The notes below the pieces were generated by a model. That model had not been told where the DNA came from, did no database searches, and saw only the letters and a list, made by a program, of their open reading frames with translations. Position numbers and translations under genes: made by a program. DNA of 64,000 nucleotides from TPA_inf: Saccharomyces (lineage: Eukaryota): positions 992,001 to 1,056,000 of the forward strand of contig BK006938.2 in the NCBI GenBank assembly GCA_000146045.2. The letters are read 5' to 3'. This document shows positions 11,503 to 22,400 of this stretch, piece after piece. Numbering within the stretch: position 1 is the first letter of the stretch; every line of letters starts with the position of its first letter.

Positions 11503-12003
11503 TACCAAATAAGTAAACCAATTGAACTATTAAAATGTCGTGGTATAGCCCGATTTTGATTTGTGATATCTACAAATCTAGTATTTATTCGCAATTAATG
11601 AGGCAAAGACGATACAATATTCGATGTGAGATTTTTCAAAACACGGCCCGCTGAGAGCAGAAAGTTTTAGATGACCTATTTGAAGGCAATCACGATGGTA
11701 TTTTTCAAGAAAATAAATAGTAGTAACACTGCTATGCACATCAGAGTCAGATTCCTTAAATTCAAACGTTTCTACAATTAGTATGACCTTTTCTTGAAGA
11801 TCTTTTTCTCCTTATAAAGGCAACACAAAACAAGATAGAAGTGCAAAGGTATTTTTTGTTTTTCACGTGATAAAATCGGCTTCGAGAAAGTAGAAAAGGG
11901 TATTATGATTTATTACAGGCTACCTGCACCATCTCAAAGGTTTTACGTTACTAAGGAGTGAATCAGGTTTTGATAAATATTTACACTATCTTTTACAAGG
12001 AAG

Positions 12004-13143
12004 ATGTCGAATAAGCAGGCGGTTCTGAAGTTAATCAGTAAAAGGTGGATAAGCACAGTGCAACGTGCCGATTTTAAGCTGAATTCCGAAGCGCTTCATA
12101 GTAATGCTACGGTATTTAGTATGATTCAGCCAACTGGGTGTTTCCACCTTGGTAATTATCTAGGTGCTACACGTGTTTGGACAGACTTATGTGAATTAAA
12201 ACAACCTGGCCAGGAATTGATATTTGGAGTTGCTGATTTACACGCTATCACTGTTCCAAAGCCAGATGGAGAAATGTTTAGAAAATTTCGCCATGAGGCA
12301 GTAGCAAGTATACTGGCTGTCGGTGTAGATCCAGAAAAGGCTTCGGTGATCTACCAATCCGCCATCCCTCAACACAGTGAATTACACTGGTTGCTTTCTA
12401 CTCTTGCCTCGATGGGATTACTTAACCGCATGACGCAATGGAAATCAAAATCGAATATCAAACAATCAACTAATGGGGATTATCTGGTTAACGATTCTGA
12501 CGTGGGAAAAGTTAGACTGGGCTTATTTTCGTATCCTGTTTTACAGGCAGCGGATATTCTACTTTATAAATCTACACACGTTCCTGTTGGCGATGATCAA
12601 TCGCAGCATTTGGAACTAACAAGACACCTTGCTGAAAAGTTTAACAAAATGTACAAGAAAAATTTTTTTCCTAAACCTGTAACTATGTTGGCACAAACGA
12701 AAAAAGTTTTGAGCTTAAGCACGCCTGAAAAGAAAATGTCCAAGAGTGATCCGAATCACGACTCTGTAATTTTTTTGAATGATGAGCCTAAGGCAATTCA
12801 GAAAAAGATTAGAAAAGCTTTAACAGATTCCATTTCTGATAGGTTCTACTACGACCCTGTAGAAAGACCAGGCGTATCGAATTTAATTAACATTGTCAGT
12901 GGCATTCAAAGAAAATCGATTGAAGATGTCGTAGAAGATGTATCTCGTTTCAATAACTATAGGGATTTCAAAGATTATGTTTCAGAAGTGATAATTGAGG
13001 AATTGAAAGGCCCAAGAACAGAATTTGAGAAATATATCAACGAACCGACCTATTTGCATAGTGTCGTTGAATCTGGCATGCGCAAAGCGAGAGAAAAAGC
13101 AGCAAAAAACCTGGCCGACATTCATAAAATAATGGGCTTCTGA
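12004..13143 (+). CDS. MSW1: MSW1, a mitochondrial tryptophanyl-tRNA synthetase (379 aa).
   Basis: Class I aaRS motifs are present: CFHLGNYLG (HIGH-like) and KMSKS. Confidence 0.9.
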   Translation: MSNKQAVLKLISKRWISTVQRADFKLNSEALHSNATVFSMIQPTGCFHLGNYLGATRVWTDLCELKQPGQELIFGVADLHAITVPKPDGEMFRKFRHEAVASILAVGVDPEKASVIYQSAIPQHSELHWLLSTLASMGLLNRMTQWKSKSNIKQSTNGDYLVNDSDVGKVRLGLFSYPVLQAADILLYKSTHVPVGDDQSQHLELTRHLAEKFNKMYKKNFFPKPVTMLAQTKKVLSLSTPEKKMSKSDPNHDSVIFLNDEPKAIQKKIRKALTDSISDRFYYDPVERPGVSNLINIVSGIQRKSIEDVVEDVSRFNNYRDFKDYVSEVIIEELKGPRTEFEKYINEPTYLHSVVESGMRKAREKAAKNLADIHKIMGF

Positions 13144-13385
13144 CTGTCCCCGGCTTTAGGCTGCTGCAAACGCAATGTAAATAATAATACAGTTTAACTT
13201 GTACGTATCTTTGTTATTTCAGAATATGCAAGATTCCTCACTCGGCAGATCTCATCAATAAACGTTAGTATCTTGAAAAATACGCAGATGTTGGTACAGT
13301 CTCTTGCAGAGGGCCAGCACCGTTAGAATGTTGTGTTGCCACCGTCTGGCTCGAAAACAGGTCGATCTGTGTAAGTATTGTCCTG

Positions 13386-13439
13386 GGTGCAGTTATTTGT
13401 AGTAGCGATTTTCGCGGGCAGTGGAAAAGAACGGGTGCA
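13386..13439 (-). promoter_or_regulatory. Two Aft1-type iron-responsive elements (TGCACCC) in the CCC2 promoter.
   Basis: GGGTGCA at 13386-13392 and at 13433-13439 are the reverse complements of TGCACCCA and TGCACCCG. They lie ~290 and ~240 bp upstream of the CCC2 ATG. Confidence 0.55.
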
Positions 13440-13674
13440 GTGCGGCGATGAGTGCAATTAGCTGCCGAAGGGTTTGCACCGGTGATTCCGAGACCTTTTG
13501 CACACACTTGTATATATTTAGGGAAGTCACGGTAACTAATGGATTTCTTCTCAAATTTGAGACATATGGATTAGACTTTAATTCTGCCTGGTACTAAGCT
13601 ACTTTTCAAAGGTATTTGAGATATTTCGTAAATTTTGCGGCCAAGGAGTTGAGGTGTTTAATACTTAAAACGAA

Positions 13675-16600
13675 ATGAGAGAAGTGATACTTGCTGTACA
13701 TGGAATGACATGCAGCGCCTGTACTAATACAATCAATACGCAGTTACGAGCTTTAAAGGGTGTAACAAAATGTGATATTAGTTTAGTGACTAATGAGTGC
13801 CAGGTGACATACGATAACGAGGTTACCGCCGATTCTATTAAGGAAATTATAGAGGATTGTGGATTTGACTGTGAGATACTAAGAGATTCTGAAATTACAG
13901 CCATAAGTACGAAGGAAGGACTACTGAGTGTACAAGGTATGACCTGTGGGTCTTGTGTTTCTACAGTCACCAAACAAGTGGAAGGCATTGAGGGTGTTGA
14001 ATCGGTAGTCGTTTCCTTGGTAACGGAAGAGTGCCATGTTATTTATGAACCGTCCAAGACAACGCTAGAAACCGCCAGAGAAATGATTGAAGACTGTGGA
14101 TTTGACTCAAATATTATTATGGATGGCAACGGGAATGCAGACATGACCGAAAAAACGGTGATCTTGAAAGTAACTAAGGCTTTCGAGGACGAATCCCCAC
14201 TCATACTTTCTTCAGTAAGCGAAAGGTTTCAATTTTTGTTAGACCTAGGTGTAAAATCGATAGAAATTTCTGATGATATGCACACACTCACCATAAAATA
14301 CTGTTGTAACGAACTCGGCATTAGAGATTTATTGAGGCACCTTGAGAGGACCGGATATAAATTCACTGTATTTTCCAATTTAGATAATACTACCCAGTTA
14401 AGGCTTCTCTCTAAAGAGGACGAGATAAGATTCTGGAAAAAAAACAGCATAAAATCCACCCTTTTGGCTATAATATGTATGCTATTGTATATGATTGTCC
14501 CTATGATGTGGCCAACAATTGTTCAGGACCGCATATTCCCTTACAAAGAAACCTCCTTTGTTAGAGGTCTGTTCTACAGAGATATTTTGGGTGTAATATT
14601 GGCAAGCTATATTCAGTTCAGCGTTGGTTTTTACTTTTACAAGGCAGCATGGGCATCTTTAAAGCACGGTTCAGGAACCATGGATACACTAGTTTGTGTT
14701 TCCACTACTTGTGCATACACATTTTCTGTGTTTTCTTTAGTTCACAATATGTTCCATCCCTCAAGTACTGGCAAACTCCCAAGGATCGTTTTCGACACAT
14801 CAATCATGATCATTTCATATATTTCCATCGGGAAATATTTGGAAACTTTAGCTAAATCACAAACATCAACCGCACTTTCTAAATTAATTCAGCTCACTCC
14901 ATCGGTGTGTTCAATTATATCTGACGTGGAGCGGAATGAAACCAAGGAAATTCCCATAGAATTATTGCAAGTGAACGATATAGTGGAGATTAAACCAGGG
15001 ATGAAAATTCCTGCTGATGGCATCATAACAAGAGGTGAATCTGAAATTGACGAGTCGTTAATGACAGGCGAATCCATTTTGGTGCCCAAGAAAACTGGTT
15101 TTCCGGTTATTGCTGGTTCTGTTAATGGACCTGGACATTTCTACTTCAGAACTACTACCGTTGGGGAGGAAACTAAATTAGCAAATATTATCAAGGTAAT
15201 GAAAGAAGCACAATTGAGTAAAGCTCCCATTCAGGGGTATGCAGATTATTTAGCCTCTATTTTTGTTCCGGGGATCCTAATTTTGGCAGTATTGACTTTC
15301 TTTATTTGGTGTTTTATTTTAAACATCTCGGCTAATCCTCCCGTCGCTTTCACCGCAAATACTAAGGCTGATAATTTTTTTATTTGCTTACAAACTGCTA
15401 CTTCTGTTGTCATCGTCGCATGCCCATGTGCATTGGGACTTGCCACGCCGACTGCTATAATGGTGGGTACAGGGGTTGGAGCTCAGAATGGTGTCTTAAT
15501 AAAGGGCGGAGAAGTATTGGAAAAATTCAATAGTATTACTACTTTTGTTTTTGATAAAACAGGTACCTTAACTACAGGTTTTATGGTTGTGAAAAAGTTC
15601 CTTAAAGATTCAAATTGGGTTGGAAACGTGGATGAAGACGAAGTTCTCGCCTGTATAAAAGCAACGGAATCCATTAGTGACCATCCAGTTTCGAAAGCAA
15701 TTATACGTTATTGTGATGGTTTGAACTGTAATAAGGCTTTAAATGCCGTTGTTTTAGAAAGCGAATACGTGCTTGGAAAGGGAATAGTCTCAAAGTGTCA
15801 AGTTAATGGAAATACTTATGATATTTGTATTGGGAACGAGGCGCTGATTTTGGAGGATGCATTAAAAAAATCCGGATTTATTAACAGTAATGTCGACCAA
15901 GGAAACACTGTATCATACGTATCAGTAAACGGGCATGTGTTTGGCTTGTTCGAGATTAATGATGAAGTTAAACATGATTCTTACGCAACAGTTCAGTATC
16001 TACAAAGAAATGGATATGAAACGTATATGATTACTGGCGATAATAACTCAGCAGCAAAAAGAGTCGCTAGAGAAGTAGGTATAAGCTTCGAAAATGTTTA
16101 CAGCGATGTGTCACCCACAGGCAAATGTGATCTCGTGAAAAAAATTCAAGATAAAGAAGGTAATAACAAGGTTGCTGTTGTTGGCGATGGCATTAACGAC
16201 GCTCCCGCTTTAGCACTGAGTGATCTAGGTATTGCCATTTCAACAGGTACGGAGATTGCTATTGAAGCAGCTGATATTGTTATACTGTGCGGTAATGATC
16301 TGAATACTAATAGTTTGAGAGGACTGGCCAACGCCATCGATATTTCACTAAAAACGTTCAAAAGAATAAAGCTGAATTTGTTCTGGGCACTTTGCTATAA
16401 TATATTCATGATTCCGATTGCTATGGGTGTGCTCATTCCTTGGGGCATAACTCTTCCTCCAATGCTCGCCGGTTTAGCGATGGCATTCAGCTCGGTCAGT
16501 GTCGTTCTAAGTTCATTGATGTTGAAGAAGTGGACTCCACCGGATATTGAATCACATGGGATTTCAGATTTCAAGTCCAAATTTTCGATTGGGAATTTTT

Positions 16601-16689
16601 GGTCAAGGCTTTTTTCTACGCGGGCTATTGCAGGTGAGCAAGACATAGAATCACAGGCCGGACTAATGTCAAACGAAGAAGTCTTGTAA
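13675..16689 (+). CDS. CCC2: CCC2, a Cu(+)-transporting P1B-type ATPase (1004 aa).
   Basis: Two N-terminal metal-binding motifs are present (GMTCSAC, GMTCGSC). The CPC transduction motif, DKTGTLT phosphorylation site and GDGINDAP are present. Confidence 0.95.
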   Translation: MREVILAVHGMTCSACTNTINTQLRALKGVTKCDISLVTNECQVTYDNEVTADSIKEIIEDCGFDCEILRDSEITAISTKEGLLSVQGMTCGSCVSTVTKQVEGIEGVESVVVSLVTEECHVIYEPSKTTLETAREMIEDCGFDSNIIMDGNGNADMTEKTVILKVTKAFEDESPLILSSVSERFQFLLDLGVKSIEISDDMHTLTIKYCCNELGIRDLLRHLERTGYKFTVFSNLDNTTQLRLLSKEDEIRFWKKNSIKSTLLAIICMLLYMIVPMMWPTIVQDRIFPYKETSFVRGLFYRDILGVILASYIQFSVGFYFYKAAWASLKHGSGTMDTLVCVSTTCAYTFSVFSLVHNMFHPSSTGKLPRIVFDTSIMIISYISIGKYLETLAKSQTSTALSKLIQLTPSVCSIISDVERNETKEIPIELLQVNDIVEIKPGMKIPADGIITRGESEIDESLMTGESILVPKKTGFPVIAGSVNGPGHFYFRTTTVGEETKLANIIKVMKEAQLSKAPIQGYADYLASIFVPGILILAVLTFFIWCFILNISANPPVAFTANTKADNFFICLQTATSVVIVACPCALGLATPTAIMVGTGVGAQNGVLIKGGEVLEKFNSITTFVFDKTGTLTTGFMVVKKFLKDSNWVGNVDEDEVLACIKATESISDHPVSKAIIRYCDGLNCNKALNAVVLESEYVLGKGIVSKCQVNGNTYDICIGNEALILEDALKKSGFINSNVDQGNTVSYVSVNGHVFGLFEINDEVKHDSYATVQYLQRNGYETYMITGDNNSAAKRVAREVGISFENVYSDVSPTGKCDLVKKIQDKEGNNKVAVVGDGINDAPALALSDLGIAISTGTEIAIEAADIVILCGNDLNTNSLRGLANAIDISLKTFKRIKLNLFWALCYNIFMIPIAMGVLIPWGITLPPMLAGLAMAFSSVSVVLSSLMLKKWTPPDIESHGISDFKSKFSIGNFWSRLFSTRAIAGEQDIESQAGLMSNEEVL

Positions 16690-17009
16690 ATAACAGGTAA
16701 GTCTAATTTATTTAAAAAAATCCACGAGCATATAGATTTATAACAATAATAATAATTAATATTCATCAATTTTTTAGTAAATTCATATATTTTACTCCTA
16801 CTCTATGTATTTTCAGTAAGTCTACTAGTCGTATTACCCGTCGGTTTCAAGGGATATTATGGAGGTAATAAGGATTTTTTTACCGATTTAAAAACCCATT
16901 ATATCCCTCTTAGAAAAATTTTAGTATTCTTAGATAAGTTGCTAGATTTACCAATATCAAAGGGAAGACTGCAGGACAACACAAAAACACAAGAAAAGGA
17001 GGACAAAAA

Positions 17010-17834
17010 ATGCAGGTTAAATCGATTAAAATGAGATGGGAGTCTGGTGGTGTTAATTACTGCTATCTATTGTCCGACAGTAAAAATAAAAAATCGTGGC
17101 TAATCGATCCAGCAGAGCCTCCTGAGGTTCTGCCAGAGTTGACTGAGGATGAGAAAATAAGTGTTGAAGCAATTGTTAATACACATCACCATTATGACCA
17201 TGCAGATGGTAACGCTGATATCTTGAAGTATTTAAAAGAGAAAAATCCAACTTCAAAAGTTGAGGTTATAGGAGGGTCAAAGGACTGCCCAAAGGTTACG
17301 ATAATTCCGGAGAATTTGAAAAAGTTACACCTAGGTGACTTAGAGATTACTTGTATTAGGACGCCCTGCCATACCAGAGACTCTATCTGTTATTATGTGA
17401 AAGATCCAACAACAGATGAGCGCTGCATTTTTACTGGCGATACACTATTTACCGCTGGTTGCGGTAGGTTTTTTGAGGGTACAGGCGAAGAAATGGATAT
17501 AGCTCTGAACAATTCTATCTTAGAAACTGTGGGCAGGCAGAACTGGAGTAAAACGAGGGTTTATCCAGGACACGAATACACAAGTGATAATGTAAAGTTT
17601 GTTCGTAAGATTTACCCGCAAGTTGGTGAAAATAAAGCATTGGATGAGTTAGAACAATTCTGCTCCAAGCATGAAGTCACAGCAGGGCGGTTCACTTTGA
17701 AAGATGAGGTAGAATTTAATCCATTCATGAGATTAGAAGATCCAAAGGTCCAAAAAGCTGCCGGAGATACGAATAATTCATGGGACAGAGCTCAAATTAT
17801 GGATAAATTGAGAGCTATGAAAAACCGTATGTAG
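17010..17834 (+). CDS. GLO2: GLO2, a glyoxalase II metallo-beta-lactamase (274 aa).
   Basis: The motif HHHYDHADG (THxHxDH) and a downstream His are present. The length is 274 aa. Confidence 0.88.
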   Translation: MQVKSIKMRWESGGVNYCYLLSDSKNKKSWLIDPAEPPEVLPELTEDEKISVEAIVNTHHHYDHADGNADILKYLKEKNPTSKVEVIGGSKDCPKVTIIPENLKKLHLGDLEITCIRTPCHTRDSICYYVKDPTTDERCIFTGDTLFTAGCGRFFEGTGEEMDIALNNSILETVGRQNWSKTRVYPGHEYTSDNVKFVRKIYPQVGENKALDELEQFCSKHEVTAGRFTLKDEVEFNPFMRLEDPKVQKAAGDTNNSWDRAQIMDKLRAMKNRM

Positions 17835-18041
17835 GAAAGCCAACAGAGTATAATATACTTAAAAATATTCTTTTAGCATACCCTTTTATTTCAATGTATA
17901 AGAGTTTTTGGAACGCTACTTTATAACATTCAGGTCTGTTCACTAGAACTCTTGTAGTTGTGCCGTCATAAAAATTAGTCTTCGCGTGGCTGAAAGAAAA
18001 GTTCCAATAATACGGGCGGCTCGAGTAGAGTAATCATTGCC

Positions 18042-18050
18042 GTCACAAAA
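18042..18050 (+). promoter_or_regulatory. Middle sporulation element (Ndt80 site) upstream of DON1.
   Basis: GTCACAAAA matches gNCRCAAAW exactly. It lies 126 bp upstream of the DON1 ATG. Confidence 0.55.
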
Positions 18051-18175
18051 CCATTTTCGGGTAGAAATAAAGCAATGGATATTTGAGCTCCAGAATTAAA
18101 ATGGCTTTCCTTTTGCGGTTTACTATCTACTTGACTTTGGCTGGTATTTAAACACAAGTAAGAGAAGCATCAAAC

Positions 18176-19273
18176 ATGGGAAAGAAAAATAGAAAGGGAA
18201 AAGAAAATAATGCTGCTAAAACCTCTTTTCTAAAAGTAGAGAATATTAAAAACACTAATTCGGGATTGGAGCTTCCATCGCAAGACTATACAAACGTTGA
18301 AGAAAAAGAAAGTAGCCCGAAAACTGACTTTCCATTAATTACAAAGGAACATGTAAACACGAAAACTGACAGCAATATTCTCGATTATCCCACCATAGGC
18401 GATTTAGTTTCCTCAGTAGAGAAATTATGTGTCTTGAAAGAATTGAAGATAGCATTTCCAGAAGTAGATGATACATTAATTAAAGCCATTTTAATTGCCT
18501 CCCAAGGGGTTTTGGAGCCGGCATTCAATTCTTTACTCTACTACTCAAGTCCGGAGGAAAACACTGACTTTGCATTACCAATGAAGCCGATAAGTGTGGA
18601 AGACTATAGTAAAATAAATGTGTCTGAGATTTTGCAACGTGAAATATTCGATGATATTGAAGACGAATTTTCTGGTCAAGGAATAAATGGCTCCATGGTA
18701 ATTTCAAAAATTGAATCAGAACTAAGTTCTTTGGCCGAACACATTGGCAACATTAGCACCCCCGGATCGAATAGAGAAGTCGCCGAATCGACTAGGAACG
18801 TGGCTGTTGCAGAGGGCCATAATACAATTTTATCAAACGAAGATAGTATACTCAAGGGAAAAGAGAAGGGAAAAGAGGAGGAAAAGGAGAAGGGAGAAGA
18901 AAAGGGAGTTAACAGCTTAAAAGGCGCCGCTGTGAAAGTTGTTGCGAAGTCATTGAAGAATAATCGCATTCCCGTCACTGTGAAGAGAAATGAGCCTTCA
19001 AACAATTTATTTGACGTTTTAAACTGCGACGAAAGCGAGGAAGAAGAAGAGCAAGATGTCGAAACCAATACGTCGAATCAAGAAAGGAAGAACCAGGGCG
19101 GTAATACTGAAGTGCCGGAGGCTCAGCGTGACAGTGCAGATAGGTTACCTGCCAAGGACGACGGTGGATACAAATCTGCCTTTGGCACTGATAGTTGTGG
19201 TCTATTTGCAGCTGACGCTAAAGATGAAAAAAAGCAGGTTCATCCATCTAGACAAGAATTAAGTTTTACGTAG
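18176..19273 (+). CDS. DON1: DON1, a meiosis-specific prospore-membrane protein (365 aa).
   Basis: The 365-aa ORF has an acidic, K/E-rich C-terminus. It sits at the syntenic position between GLO2 and BSC2. Confidence 0.75.
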   Translation: MGKKNRKGKENNAAKTSFLKVENIKNTNSGLELPSQDYTNVEEKESSPKTDFPLITKEHVNTKTDSNILDYPTIGDLVSSVEKLCVLKELKIAFPEVDDTLIKAILIASQGVLEPAFNSLLYYSSPEENTDFALPMKPISVEDYSKINVSEILQREIFDDIEDEFSGQGINGSMVISKIESELSSLAEHIGNISTPGSNREVAESTRNVAVAEGHNTILSNEDSILKGKEKGKEEEKEKGEEKGVNSLKGAAVKVVAKSLKNNRIPVTVKRNEPSNNLFDVLNCDESEEEEEQDVETNTSNQERKNQGGNTEVPEAQRDSADRLPAKDDGGYKSAFGTDSCGLFAADAKDEKKQVHPSRQELSFT

Positions 19274-20251
19274 TGTATAGCGGTAATGTTTATTAACTCT
19301 TTCGGCAAAGTGCGTTTGGGCTCGCAATGAACAGACACCACCATTGCTTCTTCTGCGCTTATTTGCCTTTGTTGTATATCTAGTTCTCAAAATGGAGTCA
19401 TTCATCAGTCGATGTGTGGGCGGAAATGACGTTCATCTAGCAATGGCACACTAGTTTTTACTCAACAATTCAAACTCAATGGAAAGCCAGGAAGTTAGCG
19501 CCGGGAAACTTCAGGACAATATAAAAACAGGACTAACGGAAGAAAATAATGTGGGCCTTTTTGAGCAACGCTGACGGTAAGTAGTTTCCTACGATCGTAC
19601 AATCCCGGAAAATTGTAGTGGTGCAAGAAGGGAAAAGAATGATGGCGAAAAATGCACGCGCGTAAATAATGATTTGTCGAGTCCTATTGACCACAAAACC
19701 CGCGGAAACCTAGTTAGCCCAAAAGGAAATGGATAGCATATGAAAAACGAAACGAAACGTCCTTTTGCACGGCAGAAAGAGCTTAGTAGGACCCGGGACA
19801 AATGCAAGTTAGATTCCTTGATTCCCGAATGCTCGGTCTTGCGTTTCGCCGTGGCTGCATGGAAGGTCATCGTACGGGTACGGGCAGTCTGGCTGAGTGG
19901 TGCCGCCAAAGTGCAATAGCTGTCAGTAGGGCGTGAGGAATGTAAAAGGCAAGAAAACATGTACGAGGGAAGAGAAGGGGGCAAAAGAAAGATAATAGGA
20001 ACGGTGTAGATGAACTAGAAAAGGTTCAAGAGATGATAAACGTGAAGGGAGTGTCATATCTACCGACATAAAGATAGAGATCTTTTTTTTTCCTTTATTT
20101 TTTTTTTTGATTTTTTTTTTTGATTTTCTTGATATTAGTTTTTAGAAGTCCTTTGACGGGGCAGCCGGAGAATATATACCAACGGCATTCTATTGTCTTT
20201 TTTTCTTCCTTCCTTGCCAGGCATCTGCATCCATTATTGCCTTTAGTTACA

Positions 20252-20959
20252 ATGTTTTTTTTCCCGAAGCTTAGAAAACTTATAGGTTCAACTGTGATCG
20301 ATCACGATACCAAGAACTCATCAGGAAAGGAAGAGATCATGTCAAATAGCCGATTAGCACTTGTTATTATCAACCACGCCTTTGATAAGGTACTATCTTT
20401 GACGTGGCACTGCGGGATATTATCCGAAATAAGATCAGGACTGATGTTAATGTTTGGCATTTTCCAGTTGATGTGCTCTTTGGGTGTCATCGTATTGCTG
20501 TTGCCTATTATCATACTGGACGCGATCGATCTATTCCTCTACATGTGCAGGTTGCTTGATTACGGTTGCAAGTTATTCCACTACAATAGATCATCATTAC
20601 CGGTGGCAGATGGAAAAGAAAAGACCAGTGGTCCCATAAGCGGAAAGGAGGAAATAGTTATTGATGAGGAGATAATTAATATGCTAAATGAATCCTCAGA
20701 ATCATTGATCAATCATACTACAGCTGGTCTGGAATATGATATTAGTTCAGGTAGTGTTAACAAAAGTAGGCGTTTGAATTCAACTAGTACAGTTACATTT
20801 GTGAAGCAGAATAAACTTGTTAATGAAAGGAGGGAAGACGCCTACTACGAGGAAGAGGATGATGATTTCCTATCAAATCCGAATTATGATAAGATATCAT
20901 TGATCGAAAAATCATTCACGAGTCGTTTTGAAGTGGCTTGTGAGCAGAAAGCTGCTTAA
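20252..20959 (+). CDS. BSC2: BSC2 (235 aa). The track ORF extends 44 codons further upstream in frame to the ATG at 20120.
   Basis: The ORF ends ...EVACEQKAA. The annotated-length start is the Met of MFFFPKLRK. The upstream extension is T-tract-derived, Phe-rich sequence. Confidence 0.7.
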   Translation: MFFFPKLRKLIGSTVIDHDTKNSSGKEEIMSNSRLALVIINHAFDKVLSLTWHCGILSEIRSGLMLMFGIFQLMCSLGVIVLLLPIIILDAIDLFLYMCRLLDYGCKLFHYNRSSLPVADGKEKTSGPISGKEEIVIDEEIINMLNESSESLINHTTAGLEYDISSGSVNKSRRLNSTSTVTFVKQNKLVNERREDAYYEEEDDDFLSNPNYDKISLIEKSFTSRFEVACEQKAA

Positions 20960-21475
20960 ATTGATAATCAAGGTCAAGGCAACGCAACGCCACTGCTAAG
21001 AACACTTATTGCTACAGAAAGGAAACTAAAAATAATTATAAGGCTAGAGAGAAATAAAAACAAAATAAGAGAGATAATATGGGTAAGGGTCTGCCACCCA
21101 TCTGATAAAAGGCTGTTCTATCTTTTGGAACTCTACAACACAGGTAAACGGATGATACTGGCTATATTTATATAGATAAACAAACTTGCAGGACAGATAG
21201 TTAAGCGTCTATATCATGTGTATTTTAAGCGAAGAAAAAAGTACAAAAATGATAAAAGGCAAAAAAGATGAGAAGTTTTTTTTGTGATAAAATTAATTAT
21301 TAAAAAATACACACGTAGTTAAAATTAACAGCGGGGGAGGAAACCTTAAGAGAAAGAGAAACAAAAAAAAAGAAAGGAAACAAATAAAAATGAGGGTGAC
21401 CCGAACATGTTGATACCGTTTCCTAATACTGCTTCCTTATTTCATTTGATAGTTACTTTCGTTTATTGAATGAGC

Positions 21476-21643
21476 TTAATCTTGTAGGACAATGTACAAG
21501 GCATATAGCATACCTGGGAACCAAGCCAAAATGGTCAAAATGATATCCACTATACAGTCAGTACCCCACCCACGGGCTAGAAAAACGGCGACTGGTGGTA
21601 AGAAAAGGGATAATATAATGTTAATGATCTTGGCAGAATCCAT
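21476..21643 (-). CDS. PMP3: PMP3, a 55-aa plasma-membrane proteolipid.
   Basis: The reverse-complement translation is MDSAKIINIILSLFLPPVAVFLARGWGTDCIVDIILTILAWFPGMLYALYIVLQD*. This ORF is below the 60-aa track cutoff. Confidence 0.9.
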   Translation of the reverse strand: MDSAKIINIILSLFLPPVAVFLARGWGTDCIVDIILTILAWFPGMLYALYIVLQD

Positions 21644-21817
21644 TGTTGTATTGTGCTGTGCTGTTTAGTTCAAAATGTATAATCAATTGTATTATACTGG
21701 CGAAAAACAACAACCGATAGTAAATTTTCTTCTTTTTTTCCTTTCCCTCTTCCAAAACAAAAACACTCACTTCCTCTTTTGTATTTATAGAGGCGCCCAT
21801 CGCAAAATAACCAGGAC

Positions 21818-21901
21818 CCCCTTTTGAGGGCGTGGTTAAAGGGCACCCAGAGCCCACACCCATTGCATCTTCCGCTATTAGGGGACTGCGGAAGTGAGGG
21901 G
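21818..21901 (+). promoter_or_regulatory. Cluster of three STRE cores (CCCCT/AGGGG) in the PMP3 upstream region.
   Basis: CCCCT is at 21818-21822. AGGGG is at 21880-21884 and 21897-21901. These lie 175-258 bp upstream of the PMP3 ATG, in an unusually GC-rich stretch. Confidence 0.4.
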
Positions 21902-22400
21902 AGCAGTAAATAGTGATCTTTGTAATTTTCTGCAAAATCCCTCTCGCTGTCTCGGGTTTTTCGATTCAGAGGACCTTCCCCCCCCCATGTTCCGAGATCG
22001 GTTTTGGTGGTTAGAAGGCCGGAGGAAAGACATTTACCGCTTGCGCGCGGCTTCTTCTGTATGCTGTGCTCAACTACCAAGAGAAGGATTACGCGCACGG
22101 ATACGTTGGATGTCTGCGATTGGTGATGCTAAGAACTAAAGGTATTTCGTCATCGTATGGTTTGATCTTCGCTACCCTTGACTCTTTACTGCGATAACGG
22201 TACCACGTTCCCATAAAATTCTTATTACTAAATCTCTATAAAGCTGCAACAGCTAGTTTGTATATATAAATCATTGGCGCTTCTTCCTCAATTCCTTGGG
22301 AATTTGGAGCTCCTCTATTAAAACTGATGTCCATGGGATAGTATTGATACAATCGAAGAGTCTCCAAAAAAACCATCGGGAAGGTTTCTTTTTAGTATCT

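Noticed and set aside
19589-19984. 131-aa minus-strand ORF between DON1 and BSC2 (corresponds to a dubious ORF position).
   Set aside because: It has no recognisable domain and its arginine- and serine-rich composition is typical of spurious ORFs. It overlaps the BSC2 promoter region.
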